In this document: positions 1-9,819 of the stretch, one piece after another | Position numbering within the stretch: position 1 is the stretch's first letter | Layout: each line of letters begins with the position of its first letter | Assembly: GCA_009469675.1 (NCBI GenBank) | Contig: SSSZ01000048.1 | Coordinates: 10,570 to 74,569, forward strand | DNA length: 64,000 bases | Source: Azonexaceae bacterium | Lineage (GTDB): Bacteria > Pseudomonadota > Gammaproteobacteria > Burkholderiales > Rhodocyclaceae | Direction: 5' to 3' | Made by a program: the position numbers and the translations under genes | The notes under the pieces: model-generated | Seen by the model: the letters and a program-made list of their open reading frames with translations, nothing else | Database searches by the model: none | What the model was told of the DNA's origin: nothing

Positions 1-2006
<2,006 letters not shown>

Positions 2007-2017
2007 GGGCTGTCCTT

Positions 2018-2833
2018 TCAGGGTAATTCGCTATTGGAATGATGGGGAATGGTGCTGAGGAAATCGGTGCCCAGGGCCTGGGCGCTGTTCAGCCGCCGGG
2101 CGGCCGTCTCGCGCCGCGCTGCCGAGCGCAGGGACTGGGCCAGGGTGGCATGGACGAAATCGATATGGGTTTCCGCCGCGGCCCGGGCGGCGGCCGGCTT
2201 CCGGTTGCGGATCGCCTCGTAGAGCGCCCGGTGCTGGCTGTGGAGCAATTCCGCCGCACCGGGAACCTCTTTCAGTTCGGTGAGGTTAAGGCGAATGTTG
2301 TTTTCCAGAAGGCTCAGCATGGTGGCCGCCAGGTGGCCGAAGAGGACGTTATGGGCCGATTCCGAAATAGCCTGGTGGAAGGCGATGTCGCAGGCCGAGC
2401 GGTAGGCCATGTCGTTGCCCTCGAAAGCCTTGCTCAAGGTGGCGAAGGCCTGGCCGAGCCGCTCCAGGTCGGCTTCGGTGGCCCGTTCGGCGGCCCATTC
2501 GGCGGCCTGCCCTTCGAGCATGCGGCGGAATTCGAGCAAATCCTCCCGCAGATTGGGATGGGCGCCGAGCATTTCCTGCCAGGGGTCGCGAAAGGCCGAT
2601 TCCAGGCGGTCGGTGACGTAGGTGCCGCCGCCCTGCCGGCTCTGGACCAGGCCCTTGCTCGCCACTTTCTGGATGGCCTCCCGCAGGGACGGCCGGGACA
2701 CGCCGAGATCGGCCGCCAGTTCCCGTTCGGCCGGCAGGCGGTCGCCGGGCTTGAGCGAACCCTCGAGGATGCGCCGCTCCAGGGAAGAAGCGATGGTATC
2801 CGAAATACGGGTGACCTGCAGTTTAGCCGACAT
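2018..2833 (-). CDS. GntR/FadR-family transcriptional regulator, LldR/PdhR-like
   Basis: ORF track 271 aa. N-terminal winged-helix GntR signature ([31 protein letters not shown]) plus an FCD-type C-terminal domain. Divergent from the lut genes, with PdhR/LldR-type palindromes in the shared intergenic region. Confidence 0.85.
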   Translation of the reverse strand: MSAKLQVTRISDTIASSLERRILEGSLKPGDRLPAERELAADLGVSRPSLREAIQKVASKGLVQSRQGGGTYVTDRLESAFRDPWQEMLGAHPNLREDLLEFRRMLEGQAAEWAAERATEADLERLGQAFATLSKAFEGNDMAYRSACDIAFHQAISESAHNVLFGHLAATMLSLLENNIRLNLTELKEVPGAAELLHSQHRALYEAIRNRKPAAARAAAETHIDFVHATLAQSLRSAARRETAARRLNSAQALGTDFLSTIPHHSNSELP

Positions 2834-2854
2834 GGCTTGGAGAGACTCGTCTGG

Positions 2855-2869
2855 ATTGGTAAGACCATA
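2855..2869. promoter_or_regulatory. imperfect PdhR/LldR-type operator ATTGGTAAGACCATA, just upstream of the regulator gene
   Basis: Read directly. It matches the FadR-subfamily consensus ATTGGT-N3-ACCAAT except in the last half-site. It lies about 22 nt upstream of the regulator start codon at 2833. Confidence 0.5.
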
Positions 2870-2921
2870 TGATTCTAACGTCAGATTTATCGCTGTGCAA
2901 GACTTAGGGAAATCCCCAGGA

Positions 2922-2950
2922 TTGACTAAACACAGGATTAATTTTACATT
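2922..2950 (+). promoter_or_regulatory. putative sigma70 promoter for lutACB (TTGACT - 17 nt - TACATT)
   Basis: Read directly. The -35 TTGACT is at 2922-2927 and the -10 TACATT at 2945-2950, with 17-nt spacing. It lies about 90 nt upstream of the lutA ATG. Confidence 0.45.
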
Positions 2951-2964
2951 TCTCGCTCAGAAAA

Positions 2965-2979
2965 ATTGGTTTGACCAAT
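2965..2979. promoter_or_regulatory. perfect PdhR/LldR-type operator ATTGGTTTGACCAAT overlapping the predicted lut transcription start region
   Basis: Perfect 6-3-6 palindrome read directly. It sits 15 nt downstream of the putative -10, a position consistent with repression. Confidence 0.65.
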
Positions 2980-3042
2980 GATCCACCGAACGATCGACCG
3001 ACCCCAGGCTCGAACACGAAAAGGACCGCATCAGGAGGAACC

Positions 3043-3834
3043 ATGACAGAAGCCGCAACCTGCCGCCCGCCCCGACCCCAGGCCGTCTATTTCTTCGCCA
3101 CCTGCGTGGTGGACCAGTTCTTCCCCGGGGCCGGCCTCGACGCCATCCGCCTCCTGGAACGCGAGGGAATTACCGTGCATTTCCCGGAGAACCAGACCTG
3201 CTGCGGTCAGCCGGCCTACACCAGCGGCTTCCACGACGAAGCCCGGCGGGTCGCCCGAGCCCAACTCGAACTTTTTCCCGAACCCTGGCCTATCGTCGTT
3301 CCGTCCGGTTCCTGCGCCGGTATGATGAAGCATCACTATCCGGCGCTGTTCGCCGCCGACCCGGCGCTCACGGCCAAGGCCGTAGCGGTTTCGGCGAGAG
3401 TGTATGAATTCACCGAGTTTCTCGTCACGGTACTCGGGATCACCCTGGAAGACCGCGGCGGCCCGACCAAGGTCGTCCTCCATACCTCCTGTTCGGCCCG
3501 CCGCGAAATGGGCGTCCACCTCACCGGACGCGCCCTCCTCGGCCAACTGAACCAGGTCAGCGTCGCCCAGCAGGAGCACGAAGCCGAATGTTGCGGCTTC
3601 GGCGGCACCTTCTCGGTCAAGCATCCGGAAATTTCCGGCGCCATGGTCCAGGACAAGGTCAATGCCCTCAGGGCCACGGGGGCCGAGCGCGTCGTCAGCG
3701 CCGATTGCGGCTGTCTCATGAACATCCTCGGCCACGCCGCCTGGAAAGACCGGCAGGAAGGCCGCACCCGGCCGAGCTTGCCGGGGGAGCACATCGCCAC
3801 CTTTCTTCTCAAGCGCACAGGAGGTGCCCAATGA
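3043..3834 (+). CDS. lutA: L-lactate utilization protein LutA (LldE/YkgE-type CCG-domain Fe-S oxidoreductase)
   Basis: ORF track frame 2971..3834. An internal ATG at 3043 is preceded by AGGAGG. Two CCG motifs are present (ENQTCCGQPAY and ECCGFGGTFS). Confidence 0.88.
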   Translation: MTEAATCRPPRPQAVYFFATCVVDQFFPGAGLDAIRLLEREGITVHFPENQTCCGQPAYTSGFHDEARRVARAQLELFPEPWPIVVPSGSCAGMMKHHYPALFAADPALTAKAVAVSARVYEFTEFLVTVLGITLEDRGGPTKVVLHTSCSARREMGVHLTGRALLGQLNQVSVAQQEHEAECCGFGGTFSVKHPEISGAMVQDKVNALRATGAERVVSADCGCLMNILGHAAWKDRQEGRTRPSLPGEHIATFLLKRTGGAQ

Positions 3835-4547
3835 GGCGGACCGATTCACCGCACCCCGGGGTCGCTTCCCGGCCCGACGGCGGCAGCGCTCGCGACCGCA
3901 TCCTGGCCCGCCTGAAAGCCGCCCAGGCGGGGGGGCGCTATCCGACGCCGGCGGCCGGCGAGTGGTACGGCCCCCGGGACCGCAATGAATCCCCGGCCGA
4001 ACGCGCCCGGCGCTTCCAGGCCAATATGGAGGCGGCGCGGGCCGAGGTCTATCGGGTCAACGACGGCAACTGGGTTGAAAAGCTGCGGGAAATTCTCGCC
4101 GCCAAGGGGCTGACCAATCTTCTCCTCGCCCCGGCCACGCCCCACGGCCGGCTGGCCCGGCAAGGGCTGACCGGTGGGGCCGTGGCCTGCCTCGCCTACG
4201 ACCGCCCCATCGAGGCCTGGAAGCCCGCCCTCTTCAACGACGTGCAGGCCAGCCTCACCGCCGCCCGCGGCGCTATCGCCGAAACCGGCAGCCTGATCCT
4301 CTGGCCCGACGCCGACGAACCCCGTCTGATGTCCCTGGTGCCGCCAGTGCACATCGTCCTGGTCGATGCCGGCACCATCCACGCCACCTTTTTCGACGCC
4401 CTGCAGGCGGAAAACTGGGCGGCCGGCCTGCCGACCAACGCGCTGCTCATTTCCAGCCCGTCGAAAACCGCCGACATCCAGCAAACCCTGGCCTACGGCG
4501 CCCACGGTCCCAAGGAACTGGTGGTGCTGTTGAAGGAGGTAGCGTGA
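3831..4547 (+). CDS. lutC: lactate utilization protein LutC (LldG/YkgG, LUD domain)
   Basis: ATG 3831 overlaps the lutA stop (ATGA), with AGGAGGTG upstream. Motifs AIAETGSLILW, PPVHIVLV and SSPSKTADIQQTLAYGAHGPKEL are typical of LutC. Confidence 0.85.
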   Translation: MRRTDSPHPGVASRPDGGSARDRILARLKAAQAGGRYPTPAAGEWYGPRDRNESPAERARRFQANMEAARAEVYRVNDGNWVEKLREILAAKGLTNLLLAPATPHGRLARQGLTGGAVACLAYDRPIEAWKPALFNDVQASLTAARGAIAETGSLILWPDADEPRLMSLVPPVHIVLVDAGTIHATFFDALQAENWAAGLPTNALLISSPSKTADIQQTLAYGAHGPKELVVLLKEVA

Positions 4548-5977
4548 TGAGCGAAAAGCCGCTGCACTTCATGCCCACCGAGGGTTTCCGGGAACGCTCC
4601 AAGGCCGTCGTCGAGAACGAGTTCCTGCAAAAGAGCTTCCGCGCCGCCATGGATTTCCTCATGACCAAGCGGGCCGCCCAGTTTCCCGACGCCGACGAGC
4701 TGGAAAGCCTGCGCCGACTGGGCGAACGCATCCGCCAGAACAGCCTGGACAAGCTGCCGGCCCTTCTCACCCAGCTCGAAACCAATCTGACCCGTAACGG
4801 CATCCACGTTCATTGGGCGGAAAACGCCGACCAGGCCAACGCCATCATCCTCGACATCTGCAAAAAGCACGGCGCCAAGCGCATGGTCAAGGGCAAGTCC
4901 ATGGTCAGCGAGGAAATCGAGTTCAACCACGCCGCCGAGGCGGCCGGGGTCGAGGCCATCGAAACCGACATGGGGGAATACATCCTCCAGCTGGCCGGGG
5001 AGAAGCCCTCCCACATCATCATGCCGGCCATCCACAAGACCAAGCAGCAGATCGCCAAGCTCTTCGCCGAACAGATCCCCGGGGTGGCCTACACCGAGGA
5101 CGTGGACGCCCTCATCCAGATCGGCCGCACAGTGCTGCGCCAAAAATTCCTGGAGGCTGACATCGGCCTGTCTGGGGTCAATTTCGCCGTGGCCGAGACC
5201 GGCACCCTCTGCCTGGTCGAAAACGAAGGCAACGGGCGGCTCTCCACCACCGCGCCCCGGGTCCACGTGGCTATCACCGGCATCGAGAAGGTGGTCGAGA
5301 AGCTCGAACACGTGCCTCCCCTCTTCTCGCTGCTCACCCGCTCGGCCACCGGCCAGGCCGTCACCACCTACTTCAACATGATCTCCAAGCCCCGCCAGCC
5401 GGGGGAAAAGGACGGGCCGGAAGAAGTCCATCTGGTGCTCCTCGACAACGGCCGCACCCAGCCCTACGCCGACGAGGAACTCCGCAAGACCCTGCAGTGC
5501 ATCCGCTGCGGCGCCTGCATGAACCATTGCCCGGTCTACACCCACATCGGCGGCCACGCCTACGGCACGACCTACCCCGGCCCCATCGGCGAAATCATCT
5601 CGCCCCACCTCATGGGCCTGGAAGCCACCGCCACCCTGCCCTCGGCTTCCAGCCTCTGCGGCGCCTGCGGCGAAGTCTGCCCGGTGAAGATTCCCATTCC
5701 CGACCTCCTCGTCCGCCTGCGTTCGGAAATCAATTCCAAACCCGGCAGCGGCAGCCCGCTGCAGGGCCAGGGCGCCGGCTACAGCCGCCTGATGACCGCC
5801 GTCTGGCGCGGCTGGGCGGCGATCTACGCTAACCCCGCCTTCTACCGCCTCTATTCCTGGCTGGTCAGCCGGTTCAACTGGCTGACGCCCGCCGGGCAAG
5901 GGGGGTGGACTTCGGTGCGGACGCCGTTGAGGCCGGCTCCAAAGCGGTTGCGGGATTTGTTGGCAGAGCGGGAATGA
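4544..5977 (+). CDS. lutB: lactate utilization iron-sulfur protein LutB (LldF/YkgF)
   Basis: ORF track 477 aa. Start overlaps the lutC stop. LUD domain plus two 4Fe-4S ferredoxin motifs (CIRCGACMNHCPVY and LCGACGEVCPVKIP). Confidence 0.9.
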   Translation: MMSEKPLHFMPTEGFRERSKAVVENEFLQKSFRAAMDFLMTKRAAQFPDADELESLRRLGERIRQNSLDKLPALLTQLETNLTRNGIHVHWAENADQANAIILDICKKHGAKRMVKGKSMVSEEIEFNHAAEAAGVEAIETDMGEYILQLAGEKPSHIIMPAIHKTKQQIAKLFAEQIPGVAYTEDVDALIQIGRTVLRQKFLEADIGLSGVNFAVAETGTLCLVENEGNGRLSTTAPRVHVAITGIEKVVEKLEHVPPLFSLLTRSATGQAVTTYFNMISKPRQPGEKDGPEEVHLVLLDNGRTQPYADEELRKTLQCIRCGACMNHCPVYTHIGGHAYGTTYPGPIGEIISPHLMGLEATATLPSASSLCGACGEVCPVKIPIPDLLVRLRSEINSKPGSGSPLQGQGAGYSRLMTAVWRGWAAIYANPAFYRLYSWLVSRFNWLTPAGQGGWTSVRTPLRPAPKRLRDLLAERE

Positions 5978-6026
5978 TGTTGTTTTCGGGTGCTCAACCT
6001 AGGGGTTCCGCGCTTGAGGCGCGGGC

Positions 6027-6455
6027 GTACTTTCTTCTTGGTGGCCATGTAGCCAAAGAAGAAGCCACCCCTGGGTCGGCGCTGGGCGTTGCCCGGTGCC
6101 CTGCGCTACTCGGCTCGGGCGGGGGCTGCGGAACTCGGCCCTTTGGGCCTCAGACAGTCCTCGCTCTTTATCCGCCCAAGCCTACGTTGCTCGGCGCCTC
6201 TCAAGGGCCCCAAAGGCGTCTCAGCTTTGCCGCCAAACGGTTCAGGATGCGCTCGGTGTGCCGGATCCCCATGTGGAGCGCCGAGCAACGGAGAAGGGCC
6301 GGGGGAAGTCGGCGAGGACTGTTTGAGGGGCGCAGCCCCGAGTTCCGCAGCCGCCCGGCCCTTCGAGTCACGCAGGGGAGTCGGCGAAGCCGACCGCGGA
6401 GCCTGGGGTCGCCTTTTCTTTGGCTACTTTCTTTTGGCGAAGCAAAAGAAAATAC
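6027..6455. repeat. about 430-bp nested imperfect palindromic intergenic element (two ~135-bp inverted arms, inner 12-bp inverted repeat, terminal hairpins)
   Basis: Read directly. Left arm ...GCTGCGGAACTCGGCC...CAGACAGTCCTCGC pairs with right arm GCGAGGACTGTTTG...CCCGAGTTCCGCAGCC. Inner pair is GTTGCTCGGCGC (about 6186) with GCGCCGAGCAAC (about 6279). Terminal hairpin is TTTCTTTTG-gcgaag-CAAAAGAAA (about 6428-6451). ORF-track entries in this region are low-complexity shadow ORFs. Confidence 0.8.
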
Positions 6456-6518
6456 GCCCGCCGGCCAGGCGGAACACGGCGCGAAACCAATCCATACCGC
6501 TTGAGGAATCCCACTCCC

Positions 6519-9296
6519 ATGACCCCCCTCATCCACTCCCTGAAACGCCAACTCCCGGAAAACCAGGTCATCACCGATGAACTCCGCCGCCTCGCCTACG
6601 GCACCGACGCGAGTTTCTACCGCCTCATCCCCGAGGTGATCGCCGTCGTCGAGAACGAGGAGGAAGTCCAGGCCGTACTGCACAGCGCCCGGTCCCACGG
6701 CCGGCCGGTGACTTTCCGCGCCGCCGGCACCAGCCTTTCCGGCCAGGCCATCACCGACGGGGTGCTGGCCCTGATCGGCGAGGGGTTCGCCACCTGCGAG
6801 ATCGCCCCCGACGCCGCCACCGTCCGCCTTGGCCCGGGGATGATCGGCGGCGAAGTCAATTACCGCCTTGCCCCCCTGGGACGCAAGATCGGTCCCGACC
6901 CCGCCTCGATCAACGCCTGCAAGATCGGTGGCATTGCGGCCAACAACGCTTCCGGCATGTGCTGCGGCACGGCCCAGAACAGCTACCGCACCCTGGCCGG
7001 AATGCGGGTGGTGCTGGCCGACGGCACCGTGCTCGACACGGAAGACCCCTTCAGCATCGCCGCCTTCCGCCAAAGCCACGCCGCCCTGGTCGGCGAACTC
7101 GACCTCCTGGGGCGCCAGACCCGGGGGGACGAGGCCCTGGCGGCCCGCATCCGCCACAAGTTCAAGATCAAAAACACCACCGGCTACAGCCTGAACGCCC
7201 TGGTCGATTACACCGACCCCATCGACATCCTGGCTCACCTGATGATCGGCTCCGAGGGCACCCTGGGCTTCATTTCCCGCATTACCTACTGCACCGTCGC
7301 CGAAGACCCCTGCAAGGCCAGCGCCCTGGTCTTCTTCCCCACCATCGGCACGGCCTGCCAGGCGGTCATCGCCCTCAAGCCCCAGCCGGTTTCGGCGGTC
7401 GAACTCCTCGACCGCCCGGCCCTGCGCTCGGTCGAGAACAAGCCCGGCCTGCCGCCGGTGATGAAGACCCTGGGCGACGAGGCGGCCGCCCTCCTGATCG
7501 AGGTCCGCGCCGAGCACGCCGCCGGCCTGCAGGCCAAGATCGGCGCCGCCCTGGAGGCCCTGGCCGGCATCGCCACCGTCGAAGCGCCGCAGTTTTCCAC
7601 CGATCCCGCCACCTGCGAGATGTACTGGAAGGTGAGAAAGGGCACTTTCCCCTCGGTCGGCGCAGTGCGCCGCACCGGCACCACGGTCATCATCGAAGAC
7701 GTGGCTTTTCCCATCGAGTCGCTCGCCGCCGCCACCCTCGACCTGCAGGCCCTGCTGCGGCAACACGGCTACCACGAGGCGATCATTTTCGGCCACGCCC
7801 TGGAGGGCAACCTCCATTTCGTCTTCACCCAGGACTTCGGAGACGCCGCCGAAATCCAGCGCTATTCGGACTTCATGGACGACGTCTGCCGGCTGGTGGT
7901 GGAAAAATACGACGGCTCGCTCAAGGCCGAGCACGGCACCGGCCGCAACATGGCGCCCTTCGTCGAAATGGAATGGGGCGCCCAGGCCACCGACCTGATG
8001 CGCCGCATCAAGGCCCTGTTCGATCCCGACCGGCTCCTCAACCCCGGGGTCATCCTCAACGAAGACCCGGCGGCCCATCTGCAGAACCTGAAACCCATGC
8101 CGGCCGCCGAGGACATCGTCGATCGCTGCATCGAATGCGGTTTCTGCGAACCCCTCTGCCCCTCCCACCGCCTCACCCTCAGCCCCCGCCAGCGCATCGT
8201 CAGCTGGCGTGAACTGTCCCGGCGCGAGGCCGCCGGCGAGGATGCCGGCCGCGTCGCCGCCGATTTCGCCTATTTCGGCCTCGACACCTGCGCCGGCTGC
8301 GGCCTTTGTTCCACCGCCTGCCCGGTGGGCATCGATACCGGCGAACTGACCCGCCGCCTGCGGGGCCGCGGCCTGGGCAGCGCCTCCCGCCAGGTCGGCC
8401 AATGGACGGCGGACAACTTCGGCAAGGTGGCAACGGCCTCCCGCATCGGCCTCAAGCTCGGCCACGCCGTATCAGGCGTGCTCGGCGACGGTTTTGTCTC
8501 GCGGGTCACCGGCGGTGCCTGGAAGCGGGACATGCCGCGGGCCGGCAAGGCGGCCGCCGTACGCACCGGCGAAGGCGACCCGGTGGTGTACTTTCCGGCC
8601 TGCGGCGGGCGCATCTTCGGCGGCAATACGGCCGAAGATGCCGGCCTGGCCGACGTGGTCATGGAACTCCTCGTCCGGGCCGGGTACGCCCCCGTCCTCC
8701 CCGCCGGTTTCGACAAACTGTGCTGCGGCCAGATGCTGGCCAGCAAGGGCCTGGCGGAAGAAGCCGAAGCCATGGCCGAAGCCGTCGCCAAGGCGCTGCT
8801 GGCGGCCGCCGACGACGGGAAAGGCGGGTTCCACCCGGTCATCATCGACGCCAGCGCGTGCACGACCCGCCTCCAGAAGCACCTGGCGGGCCGGCTGGCG
8901 GTCCTCGACTTCCACGAATTCGCCCACGATGCGCTGCTGCCTCGCCTGCGGGTGACCAAAAACCCCGGCCCGATCGCCCTCCATATCAACTGCAGCGTCC
9001 GCCGCACCGCTTCCGACGCCAAGCTGAGAGCGCTGGTCGCGGCCTGCGCCGAGGCTATCGTCGAACCGGCCGGGGTGACCTGCTGCGGCTTCGGCGGCGA
9101 CCGCGGCTTCGTCGTCCCCGAACTCAACGCCCATGCCCTGCGCCGAATTCACGGCAGCCTGCCGGATTCCTGCTGCGAAGGGGTTTCCACCAACCGCACC
9201 TGCGAAATCGGCCTGACCGCGGAGACCGGCCGGAGTTACCGCTCCGTCGCCTACCTGCTCGAGGAATGCAGCCGCAACCCCGGTGTCGCCTGCTGA
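6519..9296 (+). CDS. FAD-binding plus Fe-S/CCG-domain D-lactate dehydrogenase (Dld-II / YdiJ-like), 925 aa
   Basis: ORF track frame 6420..9296, with the internal ATG at 6519 (MTPLIHSLKRQLPENQV...). It has an FAD-binding PCMH-type N-terminal domain. C-terminal motifs are CIECGFCEPLCPS, CAGCGLCSTACPVGI, and CCG motifs (KLCCGQMLAS and TCCGFGGDRGF). Confidence 0.85.
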   Translation: MTPLIHSLKRQLPENQVITDELRRLAYGTDASFYRLIPEVIAVVENEEEVQAVLHSARSHGRPVTFRAAGTSLSGQAITDGVLALIGEGFATCEIAPDAATVRLGPGMIGGEVNYRLAPLGRKIGPDPASINACKIGGIAANNASGMCCGTAQNSYRTLAGMRVVLADGTVLDTEDPFSIAAFRQSHAALVGELDLLGRQTRGDEALAARIRHKFKIKNTTGYSLNALVDYTDPIDILAHLMIGSEGTLGFISRITYCTVAEDPCKASALVFFPTIGTACQAVIALKPQPVSAVELLDRPALRSVENKPGLPPVMKTLGDEAAALLIEVRAEHAAGLQAKIGAALEALAGIATVEAPQFSTDPATCEMYWKVRKGTFPSVGAVRRTGTTVIIEDVAFPIESLAAATLDLQALLRQHGYHEAIIFGHALEGNLHFVFTQDFGDAAEIQRYSDFMDDVCRLVVEKYDGSLKAEHGTGRNMAPFVEMEWGAQATDLMRRIKALFDPDRLLNPGVILNEDPAAHLQNLKPMPAAEDIVDRCIECGFCEPLCPSHRLTLSPRQRIVSWRELSRREAAGEDAGRVAADFAYFGLDTCAGCGLCSTACPVGIDTGELTRRLRGRGLGSASRQVGQWTADNFGKVATASRIGLKLGHAVSGVLGDGFVSRVTGGAWKRDMPRAGKAAAVRTGEGDPVVYFPACGGRIFGGNTAEDAGLADVVMELLVRAGYAPVLPAGFDKLCCGQMLASKGLAEEAEAMAEAVAKALLAAADDGKGGFHPVIIDASACTTRLQKHLAGRLAVLDFHEFAHDALLPRLRVTKNPGPIALHINCSVRRTASDAKLRALVAACAEAIVEPAGVTCCGFGGDRGFVVPELNAHALRRIHGSLPDSCCEGVSTNRTCEIGLTAETGRSYRSVAYLLEECSRNPGVAC

Positions 9297-9367
9297 GTGT
9301 TTTCCCTAGGTGGCGGAAGGCCGGGCATTTGGTACTTTCGCAACTCAAAGATCATTAAGGAGAACCC

Positions 9368-9814
9368 GTGTATAAGAAAATCCTGGTCGCCATCGACGAC
9401 AGCGAGACTTCCCGCTGCGCCCTCGGCGAGGCCATTCACATCGCCCGCAATTACGGCGCCAAGCTGTGCATCCTTCACATCGTCGACGAGACCCTCATGG
9501 GTCTCCATCACCGGACGATCACCACCACCCTCAATCTCGATCACGCCCGTCAGGCTTTGTGCGCCGCCGGCGAAGCGCTGATCGGGGCGGCAAAGGAGCA
9601 GGCCGGCGGCGTCGAGGTCGAGACCCGACTCATCGAAGATCGCGACAAGCGTATTTCCCAGGCCATCGTCGAAGCCGCCGAGGCATGGCGGGCCGACCTG
9701 CTGGTGGCTGGCACCCACGGCCGCCGAGGCCTGCAGTTGCTGATTATCGGATCGGTGGCGGAGCAACTGTCGCGGCTTGCCACCATGTCGCTCCTCCTGG
9801 TGCGCAAGCACTGA
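9368..9814 (+). CDS. universal stress protein (UspA family)
   Basis: ORF track 148 aa, GTG start. [15 protein letters not shown]... and C-terminal G-x2-G-x9-GSVAEQL ATP-binding-type motif. Confidence 0.88.
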   Translation: MYKKILVAIDDSETSRCALGEAIHIARNYGAKLCILHIVDETLMGLHHRTITTTLNLDHARQALCAAGEALIGAAKEQAGGVEVETRLIEDRDKRISQAIVEAAEAWRADLLVAGTHGRRGLQLLIIGSVAEQLSRLATMSLLLVRKH

Positions 9815-9819
9815 ACACC

